A stretch of 64,000 bases of DNA from an uncultured delta proteobacterium (lineage in GTDB: Bacteria > Desulfobacterota > Binatia > UBA9968). Shown in pieces: positions 51,023-61,925 of this stretch. The stretch's first letter is position 1; the number at the start of each line of letters is the position of its first letter. A program made the translations under genes and the position numbers. The notes beneath the pieces were generated by a model. The model saw nothing but the letters and a program-made list of their open reading frames with translations. It ran no database searches and was not told the DNA's origin. The stretch spans positions 1 to 64,000 of the forward strand of contig CAVWLW010000013.1 in NCBI GenBank assembly GCA_963755715.1, written 5' to 3'.

Positions 51023-51877
51023 GTGTGGCGGCAATGCCAGTGCATCGCCTTGTTATTGATCATGGCAACCCACGGCGCCGCTGCCGAAATAACTCGCCGA
51101 TCATTTCAAACCAGCGACAAGATTGCTCTGTCCTTTCTCGAAGCGGGATCTGAGCGCGCAGACAATAAAAATCTAACCATCGCTTTGGTGCCGGGTTGGT
51201 TGATGCCGGGGTCGATTTGGCGCAAGCAATTGGACGCCTTTGGCCAACGCTATCTTACTCTCGCCCTCGACCCGCGTGGGCAGGGAGAATCCCAGGTGGC
51301 GCCGGCCGGCTATACCGCGGAACGCCGCGCGACTGATTTGCACGAGTTTTTGGCGCCGCGATCGCATGTGCTGCTGATCGGCTGGTCGCTGGGCGCGATC
51401 GAAGCGCTGCAGTACATTCAGATGTTCGGAACGGCTCGTCTTTCCGGTCTGGTGCTCGTCGATAGCTCGGTCGGCGAGGAGCCGGCGCCCGGTTCCGGCG
51501 GAACTTTCAAAGAAAGTTTGCGCGCTGATCGCGACAAGACGCTGCATGATTTCGTGCACGCCATCTTCGCCAAGCCGCGGAGCGAAAAAGAGCTCGCCGA
51601 ACTGGTGCGCGGCGCAAAACGAATGACGGTGGAAAATAGTGTGGCGCTTCTGGATTATCCTTATGAGCGCGCCCACTGGCGCAGCATCGCTCGCACTTTC
51701 GACAAGCCTTTTCTCTATGTGGTAACGCCTCAATTCGAGCAACAGGCCGTGAATCTAAAAAAGAACCGGCCAGCGACACAAATCGAAGTTTTCAAAAAAG
51801 CCGGTCATGCGCTCTTCGCCGACGAGCCCGAGCGGTTTAATGCCTTGATCGAAAAGTTTGCAAAGCGTCTTTCCTGA
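51023..51877 (+). CDS. Exported alpha/beta hydrolase (non-heme chloroperoxidase/esterase-like)
   Basis: LVPGW; ALDPRGQGES; nucleophile GWSLG; AGHALFADEPERFN. Confidence 0.9.
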   Translation: MWRQCQCIALLLIMATHGAAAEITRRSFQTSDKIALSFLEAGSERADNKNLTIALVPGWLMPGSIWRKQLDAFGQRYLTLALDPRGQGESQVAPAGYTAERRATDLHEFLAPRSHVLLIGWSLGAIEALQYIQMFGTARLSGLVLVDSSVGEEPAPGSGGTFKESLRADRDKTLHDFVHAIFAKPRSEKELAELVRGAKRMTVENSVALLDYPYERAHWRSIARTFDKPFLYVVTPQFEQQAVNLKKNRPATQIEVFKKAGHALFADEPERFNALIEKFAKRLS

Positions 51878-51958
51878 TTCAGGGGTCGTAGTCGGAATTC
51901 TTCAAAGAAGAATTGTCTCCGGCGGATTCAAACCTTCTTGGGAGCAGGCTAATCATAA

Positions 51959-52040
51959 TGTCATTCTGAGGCAAAGCCGAAGAATCTCGCCTTTGTAACA
52001 ATCTGAAAATGCGAGATGCTTCGCTTTGCTCCGCATGACA
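51959..52040. repeat. REP-like palindromic repeat (same family as 14694, 27579)
   Basis: tgtcattctgaggcaaagccgaagaatctcgc ... gcgagatgcttcgctttgctccgcatgaca. Confidence 0.72.
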
Positions 52041-52116
52041 TCGATGGCTTGCACCGCGACACAGTCTCAAAAGCTGCAAGGATAGATTTTTGATCTTTAC
52101 TGCATGATTGTCGATC

Positions 52117-53275
52117 CTACAGCTCACCGAACAGACGCACGGTGTTGTCGTAGAGCAGTTTTTGCTTCTGTGTCTCCGAGAGATCCTTACGTTCGATAAT
52201 TTCCAGCGCGGCGTTTTCGCGTCCCTCGCCGTGGGGAAAGTCGGACGAAAACAGGACGTGATCTTCGCCAATGAGCTCGAACAAGTTATGCAGCATGCTG
52301 TCGTCGGCTTCAGCGGCGATAAAAATTCTGCCTGACTTCACGTAATCCCGAATGCTTTCGCGCGGCAATTGAGCCGCGTTCGGCATACTCAAACCGAACG
52401 GATGGGCGCCGCGATCGAGCGGCAGATAATGATCCATTCGCGATACCATGTAGAAAATCCATTCGGCGCCGAATTCGAGAAAGGCAACTTTTAAATCCGG
52501 GTAGCGATCGAGCATGCGATGGCCGACGATCGCCATGAAGGCGAGCTGCGCGGGCAGCGACATGCCGATCACGTGGCCGTCATAAATCGACTGGCCGAGC
52601 TGGGCGAGCGGCGGATAGCTCATGCCCATGTGCACGCAAAGCGGCAATTGCGCGCGCGCGAATTCATCCCAGATCGGCAGAAAGCTCGGATCGGAAAGCA
52701 TCCGTTCGCCCGCGGTGCCGAACACCACAGCCGCGCGCGCACCCAAGCGCTGCATTTCCTCTAACGCTTCAAAGGCCTGACGCTGATCGCGCAAGGGCAG
52801 GAGGCCCGACCACGTAAGACGCTTCGGCGCTTGCCGGCACTGCGCGCCGAGGTAACGATTGTAGGCGCGAAAGAGCGCCGCTTCGAATCCAGGGTCTGCC
52901 GGTCATGTGCGCGTAGAGCGTGCTCGGAAAAAGCATCTGGGCGTCGAGGCCCATGCGGTCCATATCGCGCAAGCGCGCTTGCGGATCGTTTAGCGTCATA
53001 CTGCCGATCGAACAGTGCTCGCGTTCGGTCGTCGCGCCGAACTCCGCGAGCACGTTGCGCGGCGTATTCGCCTGTTGCGCTCCCGGCCCCAAAGCATGCG
53101 GCTCGAGGGACCCTTCGATCAGCCAACCTGCGTTAAAGTTTCCTAATCCGTCACCGTCATGGATCGCCACCGGACGGGGACGGCGCGCGCGATACTGTTC
53201 CGGTAGATGTTCCCACATTCGTGGATTGATCGAGCCGTGCGCGTCGGCATCGAAAACGCGGAAGCCTTGAAGCAT
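52117..53275 (-). CDS. Amidohydrolase family 2 protein, frameshift(s) near 52890
   Basis: VFDADAH; RLRDMDRMGLDAQMLFPS; LCVHMG; LKVAFLEFG; FSSDFPH; LLYDNTVRLF. Confidence 0.87.
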
Positions 53276-53298
53276 GGATTTTCTCCTCGGTAGATCTT

Positions 53299-54357
53299 TC
53301 AGCGCAACTTCTTGCGCGCCTCAGCCAAGAAGCCGCTCTCTTCGAGACTGCGCACGGCGGCAGGGCTCAGCACTTGATTCAGTTCCACTTGGGCGACTTT
53401 GGGATTGATCTTGGCGGTCACTTTCTGCACGAGCTTCCATGCGGCAGGGTCCGGCATCATGTCGATCGTCGCCATGATGGTGAGCACTTTGTAGGACGCT
53501 TCGGCATCTTCCGCCTTGGGGAAGCGGAAAGCTTTGCGCAGGATTTCGACGATATCCGGCTTGGCGCTGGGATCGTGAATCAACACGACGGCATCCACCA
53601 ATCCTTTGAGCAAGCGCGAGATTTGGTCGGGCGAGTTCGCGGCCGACTCCCGCAGGAAGCAAAGCGTCGTGCCCTGATAGGGAAAATTCAACTTGCCGAT
53701 GTCAGCGAGCACGTTGGCTCCTGCTCGTTTCGCCGCCTCGCTGAAGCTATACGGGATGACGGTGGCGTCGACGCCGCCGGAGCCGAGAGCCTGCGTCACC
53801 GTCGCGGTATCGCCGAGGATGCGCATTTTGAGATCGTATTTTTCCGGATCGATACCGAGCTGATCCAGCGCGATCATCGTTTGGAGCCAAAAACCGCCGC
53901 CGATGCTTTGCACCCCGAAGGTTTTGCCGCGCAGATCCTCCAAAGTGCGGATTTCTTTACGCGCCACCAACTCGCGCGGAATTTTCTGCACCGGCGAAGC
54001 GACGCATTGTATTTTCATGCCGCCCACGGCCGCGCTAAGCGCATTGCCGGGCGAGCCGTAATTGTATTGCACCTGCCCGGAAGAAAGCGTCGCCATGCTG
54101 AGCGCGCCGGTGCGCATTTGCACCAGGCGAACGTCGAGGCCGTATTTTCTGAACGTGCCCTTTTCAATGCCGACCCACATCGGTCCGACGGTTTCATTTT
54201 GACCCGCATAGGCGACCAGAATGGGGGAGGCGCTTTGAGCGGACGCCGCCGAAAGCGCCACCGTTATGACCGCAGCAAAGCTCAGCAGCAGCGTAAAAAT
54301 ATTTTTGAGGACGGGACGTTTGGTTCGATGCCGGCTTAGGCAAGTTAAATGCTTCAT
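53299..54357 (-). CDS. NMT1/SsuA-like ABC substrate-binding protein
   Basis: PMWVGIEKGTFRKYGLDVRLV; LEDLRGKTFGVQSIGG. Confidence 0.88.
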   Translation of the reverse strand: MKHLTCLSRHRTKRPVLKNIFTLLLSFAAVITVALSAASAQSASPILVAYAGQNETVGPMWVGIEKGTFRKYGLDVRLVQMRTGALSMATLSSGQVQYNYGSPGNALSAAVGGMKIQCVASPVQKIPRELVARKEIRTLEDLRGKTFGVQSIGGGFWLQTMIALDQLGIDPEKYDLKMRILGDTATVTQALGSGGVDATVIPYSFSEAAKRAGANVLADIGKLNFPYQGTTLCFLRESAANSPDQISRLLKGLVDAVVLIHDPSAKPDIVEILRKAFRFPKAEDAEASYKVLTIMATIDMMPDPAAWKLVQKVTAKINPKVAQVELNQVLSPAAVRSLEESGFLAEARKKLR

Positions 54358-54383
54358 GCGCTCCTTTGTCGGTTACTGCCGAT

Positions 54384-55391
54384 TCACTGCCATAGCCGTT
54401 TGAAGAAACCGGCTTTCTCCAGTTCATCCACATAACGATTGTCGTAATAGGCGGTTAGCGGTGTTTTTTGCGCCGCTGCCGCATCGATCAGCTTCAAAGC
54501 GACGAGCTGTTCGGCCAGATCCTTGAATACTTCCGGCGGCACGCGCGGGTCCTTGGCGAAGGCGTCGATGCCCGCCTGATAGCTCTCATCGAGCATGTTC
54601 TGCCGCGTCACTTTGGTGTATTTGCCGAGAACCTTAACGGCAAAAGCTTTGTCGTCGTGGATTTTTTTCAAGCCGTCGTAGACGGCTTCGATGAAGCGCT
54701 TGACGATGTCGGCGTTCTTTTCGGCGTAGGCGCGCCGCGCTACGATTCCCTGCTCGACGAAACGGATATTCATATCGCGAATCTGTTTGATGCTGACCAG
54801 CTCGCGAAAGCCTTTCTCGCGCAGCACGACGCTTTGCGGCGCCGGGATCATCGCGCCGGCGATGGCGTTGGTGCTGAGCGCGGTCATCGATTCCGGGTAG
54901 CCGCCGGTTTGCACGATGACGGCGTCGGTGACGTTGGAGCGGTCCAAGATCGCTTTTGCCGTGAAATGCGACACCGAGCCGAAGCGCGTGACACCGACTC
55001 TTTTGCCGCTCAGTTGTGCGATTTGAGTAATCGACGGCTGGACGTAGAACGGCACGCTGAACGATTTTACCAGCGCGGCCACTTGAATGACGTCGCCGCC
55101 TTTAAGCACGTTGGAGATTACCGCCGGTCCCGCCATGCCCGCCAGATCGGCCTCGCCGGCAAGCATGGATTGCACGATCAAAGATGAGGCGCCGGCGAAC
55201 ACCGGATCGACTTCAAGCCCGTATTTTTCGAAAAGCCTTGCTTCGTAGGCGACCAAAAAGGGGAGACTGTGATACGAGATCGGCGAGTAGGGAAATTTAA
55301 TTTTGTCGAGAGCTGTCGCCGGCGCGATACTGGAGACAAGCGCTGCTAGGAGCACGAGAAAGGCTAGAGTACAACATAGACGTCGTGGCAT
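54384..55391 (-). CDS. NMT1/SsuA-like ABC substrate-binding protein
   Basis: Signal peptide; LPFLVAYEARLFEKYGLEV; LSGKRVGVTRFGS; YDNRYVDELEKAGF. Confidence 0.88.
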   Translation of the reverse strand: MPRRLCCTLAFLVLLAALVSSIAPATALDKIKFPYSPISYHSLPFLVAYEARLFEKYGLEVDPVFAGASSLIVQSMLAGEADLAGMAGPAVISNVLKGGDVIQVAALVKSFSVPFYVQPSITQIAQLSGKRVGVTRFGSVSHFTAKAILDRSNVTDAVIVQTGGYPESMTALSTNAIAGAMIPAPQSVVLREKGFRELVSIKQIRDMNIRFVEQGIVARRAYAEKNADIVKRFIEAVYDGLKKIHDDKAFAVKVLGKYTKVTRQNMLDESYQAGIDAFAKDPRVPPEVFKDLAEQLVALKLIDAAAAQKTPLTAYYDNRYVDELEKAGFFKRLWQ

Positions 55392-55449
55392 TTCTGTTCT
55401 CCTTGGATGGGAGAGCCGCGATTGAGCATCGCGGATCATAGATGACGAC

Positions 55450-56478
55450 CTAGATTTTATAAAAACGCCGGGCGTTTTCTCCAAGTATCGCTTCTTTGTG
55501 TGCATCCTTGAGGTCATGGCGCTCGACGATTTCGTTGATCTCTTCCATGCAGTTGTCGAGAGAAATCTCGTGTGGGAAGTCCGAGGCAAACATGAACGGC
55601 TCGGGCCCGACGCGCTCGATGGCATAGGCCAGGGCTTTCTCGTTGCCTTCGCAGCTGACGAACATTTTGCCGCTCTTAAAATAGTCCTCGGGTTTGCGCT
55701 TGATGCGCAGGCCGCCATATTCCAGCTCTCTCTCCAAGCGGTCGATCACCATGGGAATCCAGCTCGTGCCCCCTTCCAAGAAGCCGACGCGGAGATTTGG
55801 AAACGCATCGAATACGCCATCGACGATCATGCCGGTGGCGGCGATGGCGAGGGGTACCGGCATGCCGAGAGCGCGCGTCGCGGGGAAAACTGTATAAGTG
55901 TTGAAGCCGAGATCGCCGTAGCAGCCGCCGTGGACGGCGAGGGCGCAGTCGAGCTTGGCCGCTTCTTCATAGACCGGCCAAAAATGTTTGGCGCTCAAGT
56001 GCGGATTGAGACCGTTCGACGGCAGCATAGCGCCGACCATGCCCAAGTCTTTGACTGCGCGGCGCAGCTCCGTTACCGCGGCCGGAACCTCTTGCAGTGG
56101 AATCAACGCGATGCCCTTCAAGCGGGGACTGAATTTGAGATACTTCGCGTGCAGCCAATCGTTATACGCTCTGGCGTACGCAACTGCCCAAGGCGGAAAA
56201 GCGACCTGGCCGTAAGCCAATCCTTCGGTGGGATAGAGCACGCTCGATTCGAGCCCGGTCTTTTCGAGAAACTGCAGCCACTTTTCCGGACCGACGTTGG
56301 GATCAAATGTGCCGGGTTTGCGCTCTTCCAATCGCGGTGTATGAAAGCGATCGAGACTCGGCAACATGCGCCGAGGATTCATGTGGCCAGTGGTTTTGAA
56401 TGGTTCGCCGACATAGCTGATCATTTCGTCGACCTTTTCCATCACATGACCGTCGCAATCGACGTATTTGTTCGGCAT
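55450..56478 (-). CDS. Amidohydrolase family 2 protein (tandem copy B)
   Basis: VDCDGHVME; SVLYPT; RAYNDW; LAVHGG; FASDFPHE; ILGENARRFY. Confidence 0.92.
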   Translation of the reverse strand: MPNKYVDCDGHVMEKVDEMISYVGEPFKTTGHMNPRRMLPSLDRFHTPRLEERKPGTFDPNVGPEKWLQFLEKTGLESSVLYPTEGLAYGQVAFPPWAVAYARAYNDWLHAKYLKFSPRLKGIALIPLQEVPAAVTELRRAVKDLGMVGAMLPSNGLNPHLSAKHFWPVYEEAAKLDCALAVHGGCYGDLGFNTYTVFPATRALGMPVPLAIAATGMIVDGVFDAFPNLRVGFLEGGTSWIPMVIDRLERELEYGGLRIKRKPEDYFKSGKMFVSCEGNEKALAYAIERVGPEPFMFASDFPHEISLDNCMEEINEIVERHDLKDAHKEAILGENARRFYKI

Positions 56479-56498
56479 TGTTCCTCCGTTACGAAGGT

Positions 56499-56521
56499 GG
56501 GCGACCGCCGGTCGCCCCTAC
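56499..56521. repeat. GTAG-type REP-like hairpin
   Basis: gggcgacc-gcc-ggtcgccc followed by ctac (GTAG on the minus strand). Confidence 0.6.
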
Positions 56522-56547
56522 GGGTCATCGCGGTTTTTTTGGATCGC

Positions 56548-57576
56548 TCATATCTTATAGAACTGCCGCGCGTTGTCGCCTAAGATTGCGGTTTTGTGCT
56601 CCGGCTTTAAATCGGTGCGCTCGATGATTTCATTGATCTCTTCCATGCAGTTGCCGAGGGAAATCTCGTGTGGAAAGTCGGATGCGAACATGAACGGCTC
56701 GGGGCCGATCCGTTCGATCGCGTAGGCGAGCGCTCTTTCATTACCTTCGCAGCCGACGAAGATGCGTCCGCTTTTGAAATAGTCTTCGGGTTTTCGCTTG
56801 AGATGGAGACCGCCGTATTCGAGTTCCCGTTCGAGCCGGTCGATGACGATCGGTATCCACGCCGTACCGCCTTCGAGGAAACCAATGCGCAGTTTCGGAA
56901 ACTGATCGAGCATGCCTTCGACGATCATCCCGGTGGCGGCGATGGCGAGCGGGAACGGCATGCCAAGGGCGCGCGTGGCAGGAAAAACTCCGAAACTGTT
57001 AAAGCCCAAATCGCCGTAACAGCCGCCATGCACGGCCAGCGCGCAATCGAGTTTCTCCGCTTCTTCATAGATCGGCCAATATTCCTTCGCGCCGAGATGA
57101 AATCTCAATCCGTTGGAGGGCAGCATGGCGCCGAGCATGCCCAGTTCTTTGACCGCCCGGCGCAGTTCGGCGACGGCGCTCGGCACGTCTTGCATCGGTA
57201 TCAAAGCAACGCCTTTGAGCTTCGGACTGAACTTCAAATATTTTTCGTAGAGCCAGTCGTTGTAACCACGGGCATAAGCCACCGCCCAATCAACGAAAGA
57301 AACCTGACCGTAAGCTAAACCCTCGGTGGGATAGAGCACGCTGTATTCGAGCCCGGTTTTGTTAAGAAACTCCATCCATCGCTCGGGTCCAATCGCCGGG
57401 TCAAAAGTCCCCGGCGTGCGCCGCTGCAAGCGCGGCGTGTGAAAGCGATCCAGGCTCGGCACCATGCGCCGCACGTGGATTTCACCTTCGATGCCATTTT
57501 GCCTTTCGATTAACTTCGCGATTTCATCGACTCTTTCCATCACGTGACCGTCGCTATCGACGTAATGCGTCGCCAT
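56548..57576 (-). CDS. Amidohydrolase family 2 protein (tandem copy A)
   Basis: Same length (342 aa) as the neighbour, with long identical peptides such as FPATRALGMP and IDRLERELEYGGL. Confidence 0.92.
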   Translation of the reverse strand: MATHYVDSDGHVMERVDEIAKLIERQNGIEGEIHVRRMVPSLDRFHTPRLQRRTPGTFDPAIGPERWMEFLNKTGLEYSVLYPTEGLAYGQVSFVDWAVAYARGYNDWLYEKYLKFSPKLKGVALIPMQDVPSAVAELRRAVKELGMLGAMLPSNGLRFHLGAKEYWPIYEEAEKLDCALAVHGGCYGDLGFNSFGVFPATRALGMPFPLAIAATGMIVEGMLDQFPKLRIGFLEGGTAWIPIVIDRLERELEYGGLHLKRKPEDYFKSGRIFVGCEGNERALAYAIERIGPEPFMFASDFPHEISLGNCMEEINEIIERTDLKPEHKTAILGDNARQFYKI

Positions 57577-57756
57577 TTTCGTTCCCGCCTTTCGATTGAT
57601 ATGTGTCCTGCATAGTGAAGGTGTGGGCTCCCTGTCAATAGATGAGTAGCGGGCGGACCATCTCAGTTGACGTGACGCTAGTTGCTTTGAACTATTACGA
57701 AACGCTTGTCACCGGGGCGGTTCCTGGTTTATTGCTATGCGAAAGGAGACCGGGTC

Positions 57757-58558
57757 ATGCCTTATGTCAAAGCGAAAGACGGTGTCGACATCTACTACGA
57801 GGTCTCCGGCCACGGCACGCCGTTTTTGTTTTTGAGCGAGACCGCCTGCGACGGCGCGGTGTGGAATCTTTATCAAACGCCGGAGTTTGCCCGCGACCAT
57901 CGCGTCATCATTCTCGATTATCGCGGCACCGGTTTGTCCGGTAAACCCTCGAGTAAGTACAGCACAGACATGTTCGCCGATGATGCGGCGACAGTTCTCG
58001 ATCATCTCGGCCTCGAAGACGCGGTTGTTTGCGGCCACTCTATGGGCGGGAGAGTCGCTCAACTTCTTGCCCTCGATTATCCGCGCAAAGTCAGCAAACT
58101 CATCCTCGCATCCAGCGGCGCCGCGCACCCGGGTGACAGAGGCATCCCGCTACGGATCGCAAAGGAAATGGTCGAGATGGGCTACGAAAGATACGTGCGT
58201 GAGCACACCATCGTCGTCGGCTGGACGGAGATCTACGCGCGCAATCACATGAACCAGATCGAAAAATATCTCCAGGTGCGCATGGCCAACCTTTGCCCCG
58301 TGGAGTTTTACTTCCGCCATGTGCTGGCGCGCCAGGAGCACGACACGAGCGCGCGGTTGAAGGACATCAAAGTTCCGACCTTGATCTTTCGTCGGTGACG
58401 ACGATCATTTCGTCGTCAGCGACATGTCGCACCGCAGCGGCGCCGATATTCTTGCCAAGGGCATTCCGAATTCCAAGCTGGTTGTTTTGCCTGGCGAGCG
58501 GCACAGCTATTTTTACACCGAGCCGGAAAAGGTCCACGGCATGATCCAGAATTCCTAA
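57757..58558 (+). CDS. Alpha/beta hydrolase (PcaD/RutD-like), frameshift near 58388
   Basis: ILDYRGTGLS; GHSMGG; IKVPTLI-VGDDD; LPGERHSYF. Confidence 0.87.
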
Positions 58559-58628
58559 GGAAAGTTAACCGGGCATCGTTAAAAGCAAATTTAGACGATT
58601 CGAAAACATTCTTTACAGGAGGGCAGCC

Positions 58629-59949
58629 ATGGCATACGCGGCAAAAGGTAGAACTAAAAGAGTTTCCGGTGTTCGATTGCGACAGCCACATTTACGAGCC
58701 GCCGGAGATCTGGGACAAATATATTCCGCAGCAGAACCGCGATTTCGCCAAGACGCATTTTTATCGCGACGCCGACCGACTGTTCCTGGTGCGCAATGGC
58801 AAGATAAGTTTCAGAGATCCCGACAAGTGGAAATATCCCGGCGAGACGTGGCATCCGGGTTTGACGAAGAAGATCATCGGTGAGACACAGCCGGGAACCA
58901 AAGATTGGGATGAAACAATCGGCAGAAACAGGAGCGCCAGAGATCCCCACGCGCGGCTAAAGGATATGGACGCCGCCGGTATCGACCAGGTCATGATTTT
59001 CCCGTCGACGTTTGTCTATTTGCCACTGGTCGAGAACGCCGACGCAGCCTACATCTGCGCGCGGGCTTATAACGATTGGGCCTACGATTACTGCAGCGCG
59101 GACCAGAAACGGCTCTATCCCGCGGCGGTCTTGCCGGTGCAAAACGTCGACTACGCTATCGAGGAATTGCGGCGCGTTGCGAAACGCGGCTTCAAGTCCG
59201 CTTTGGTGCGGCCGATTATCGCTCAGGGCAAGTATCCGACGTTTCCCGAGTTCGATCCACTGTGGCGCGAGTTCGAGGAACTCAGCATGGTGCTCGGCAT
59301 GCACACTTTTCCATCCCGCGGCGAGGCGATGTCACCAGAGTTGAATGAACGCATGGGCGCCAACCGCAAGCGTTTGTTCGGCGACGAAGATTTAATGGTT
59401 TATTCGCCGGGACAGTTCGTGGCGAACATCATGCAGATCATGGGCTCCAAACAGGCCGGCGACGCGGCCTATGGATTTATCGCCGAAGCAATGACTTGGA
59501 CGGGTGTCGTGCTCATGACCGGCTGGCTGGAAAAGTTTCCGCGCTTGAAAGTCGCGATCCTCGAATCCAACTCAAGCTGGCTGCCGCTGGTGTTGGAGAA
59601 GGCCGAAACTTATCTCGATCTGTACAAGCACTTGGGCGAGAAGATCGGCGATCCGCACGACGTGTTTTACCAACATTGCTTTATCGCATTTGAAAGCGAT
59701 GAAGTGATCACCCTACGCTTGTGGGATCTTTATGAGAACATCGCGCTCTGGTCTTCGGATATGCCGCACCTCGACGCGTCGGATGTTTGGGAAGCGATCG
59801 ACAACATGAACAAATGGAAAGTGCCGCAGAACGTGCAGGAGAAAATGCTCGGCGGTAACGCCAGGCGCTTGTACGGCATCGAACCGGAGCTCGTGGTCAC
59901 CAAGGCGCCGGACGAGTACCAGCCGCAGACGATGTCGCGGTACGCGTAA
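58629..59949 (+). CDS. Amidohydrolase family 2 protein, N-terminal frameshift
   Basis: RBS aggagg; VFDCDSHIYEP; RLKDMDAAGIDQVMIFPS; RAYNDW; LGMHTF; WSSDMPHLD; MLGGNARRLY. Confidence 0.9.
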
Positions 59950-59996
59950 CGCTAATGTTCAAATGGTTCAAACCGTAAGGGTGTATTGAATTTCGT

Positions 59997-60026
59997 GGTA
60001 GGGGCGCAGCATGCTGCGCCCCTACC
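59997..60026. repeat. Perfect 30-bp GTAG-type REP palindrome between convergent genes
   Basis: ggtaggggcgcagcatgctgcgcccctacc is self-complementary and supplies the TAG stop of the minus-strand SBP gene. Confidence 0.8.
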
Positions 60027-61023
60027 GGTTGTAGAGTTGTTTGATGAAACCAGTTGCTTCGATTTCCCGCACCAGGCTCGGATCGACGAAAGCGCGCGCG
60101 TCTGCGGCAGCGGCCCGCGGATCGCGCGGGGCGAGATCATCGAGCGCGGTCTTTACGCCTTCCGGCGTCGGCAGCAAATTATCCGGATACGCCGCCGTGT
60201 AAGCCTGCCAAGCGCGCTCGAGACCCTCTTGATCGGAGACCTTCAAGTATTTTCCCCAAATCGCTTTCGACTCTTCTTTGTGGGTTTTGTTGAAATGGAT
60301 TGCCTCGATCATGGCGCGGGCGAATTTCAAAAGTAGAGGACGTTTCGCCTTTACGATCGCTTCGCGCGACAGGACGCTGTTCCACCAGAAGGGAATTTTC
60401 AGCGAGCCGATATCGAAGAGATCGCGAAATCCCAGTTGCAACGCTTGGCGCACGAACGGCTCAGGGATAATCGTGAAGTTGATCACACCCTTCGATAGCG
60501 CCGCAAAACGCTCCGGGTTGCCGCCGGCGGTGATGACCTTCGCATCTTTGTCCGGATCGATTCCCAATCGTCTGAGCGCAAAGCGCAGGCCGAGATCGGA
60601 AGTGCTGCCGATCCGGTTGACGCCGCCGATCTTGCCCTTGAGTTGTTCGGGACGGGTAATATTCTGCTCCGTGATAATGTGATCGACGAAGGTGCGGACC
60701 ATGCCTAGTATCATTACCGTGTCCGCTCCCGCCAACCGGGAACTCACGAGCGTGGCGACAGAGGTCGCAGCGACATCGATCTCACCCGCCAGTAAAGCTT
60801 GCAAGACGATCGGGCTCGCGCTGATGGCGATGATCTCGGGATCGACACCGTATTTTTGCAGCAACCGCTTTTCTTGCAGCACCCAGACGGCCGCGTTGGC
60901 CGGACTCGCACCGGACCAGGCGATGCGGATTTTTTCTTGGGCGAAAACGGGGTCGATTGTTTGCAGCCATGAAGCGATGACGCAAGAGTTATGAAGCAAA
61001 AACTTACCGGCCACGATTTTCAC
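60022..61023 (-). CDS. NMT1/SsuA-like ABC substrate-binding protein
   Basis: AQEKIRIAW; LKGKIGGVNRIGSTSD; LGIDPDKD; PTPEGVK; FVDPSLVREIE. Confidence 0.87.
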   Translation of the reverse strand: MKIVAGKFLLHNSCVIASWLQTIDPVFAQEKIRIAWSGASPANAAVWVLQEKRLLQKYGVDPEIIAISASPIVLQALLAGEIDVAATSVATLVSSRLAGADTVMILGMVRTFVDHIITEQNITRPEQLKGKIGGVNRIGSTSDLGLRFALRRLGIDPDKDAKVITAGGNPERFAALSKGVINFTIIPEPFVRQALQLGFRDLFDIGSLKIPFWWNSVLSREAIVKAKRPLLLKFARAMIEAIHFNKTHKEESKAIWGKYLKVSDQEGLERAWQAYTAAYPDNLLPTPEGVKTALDDLAPRDPRAAAADARAFVDPSLVREIEATGFIKQLYNR

Positions 61024-61758
61024 CTAGCCCGGCATTTCCGCAAGCAATCGCCCGTAGCCCGGGATCGGATGGCGCAGACCGAGACACAGTTGTGTTCCCC
61101 AGGCGCGGGCGGGGCCGGCGTGGACGACGGTTAGACCGGTGTCTTTTTCCAGGCGGTCGATGATTTCGACGGTTTTCCAGGCGGAGCCGAGCATGTAGAT
61201 GCCGTCGGCATCTTTGTGCTTTGCGGCGATGCGTTTCATGAATTCAAGTATTTGCTCGGGCGGCACACTTGGAACGGCGGCGAAGGGCGAATCGATGCCT
61301 TCCATCGCCAGTACTTGAAATCCGGCATCGGTGAAATAGCGAGCGAAGACGTTGTTCATTTTCTCCGGGAAATAACTGGCGCCGACAAATTTCTTGATAC
61401 CGAGCGTGCGCAAAGCACGGACGTGATTCTGTCCCGAGGTAAACATCGGCACGTTGTACTTCTTCTCCCAGCTGCTGATCAGATCCTGTTCTTTCTGATA
61501 GCCGAGCAACATGAACGGCGGCGCACCGCTCGGGCGGACGAGGTCTGCGCCCATTTTGGCGAACTCCGCCGCTTTCGCTTCATAGCCCGGCATGGACGTG
61601 CTGAACTCTTCTTCGGTGCCGCGGGTGAAGTTCATCGTCGAAGATAAAAATTTGATTTTCGCCGGTATCAACGTGTCGAGATCGAGCTCCTGACCCGCTT
61701 CGGGCCGATTGGTGGGTCGGACGGTGCCCACGAGGTATTCCTTTTGATCTTCAGCCAT
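61024..61758 (-). CDS. Maleate isomerase / arylmalonate decarboxylase family protein
   Basis: GTVRPT; VPMFTSGQNHVRALRTLG; YFTDAGFQV; DGIYMLGS; LEKDTGLTVV; PIPGYGRLL. Confidence 0.85.
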   Translation of the reverse strand: MAEDQKEYLVGTVRPTNRPEAGQELDLDTLIPAKIKFLSSTMNFTRGTEEEFSTSMPGYEAKAAEFAKMGADLVRPSGAPPFMLLGYQKEQDLISSWEKKYNVPMFTSGQNHVRALRTLGIKKFVGASYFPEKMNNVFARYFTDAGFQVLAMEGIDSPFAAVPSVPPEQILEFMKRIAAKHKDADGIYMLGSAWKTVEIIDRLEKDTGLTVVHAGPARAWGTQLCLGLRHPIPGYGRLLAEMPG

Positions 61759-61925
61759 GATTTTTCTCCTTTGCAGATATTTCAATGTCTATTGTGACCG
61801 GATCTAACCACTTGTGCAGAGTTGGCGTCAAGCGCCGTGACCCCGATAACTGGACAATCTGGCGGGAGACAATTATTATTCGGAGGCTTCCAGGCAAGCG
61901 AATGTCTCGAATGGACCAAAGAATT

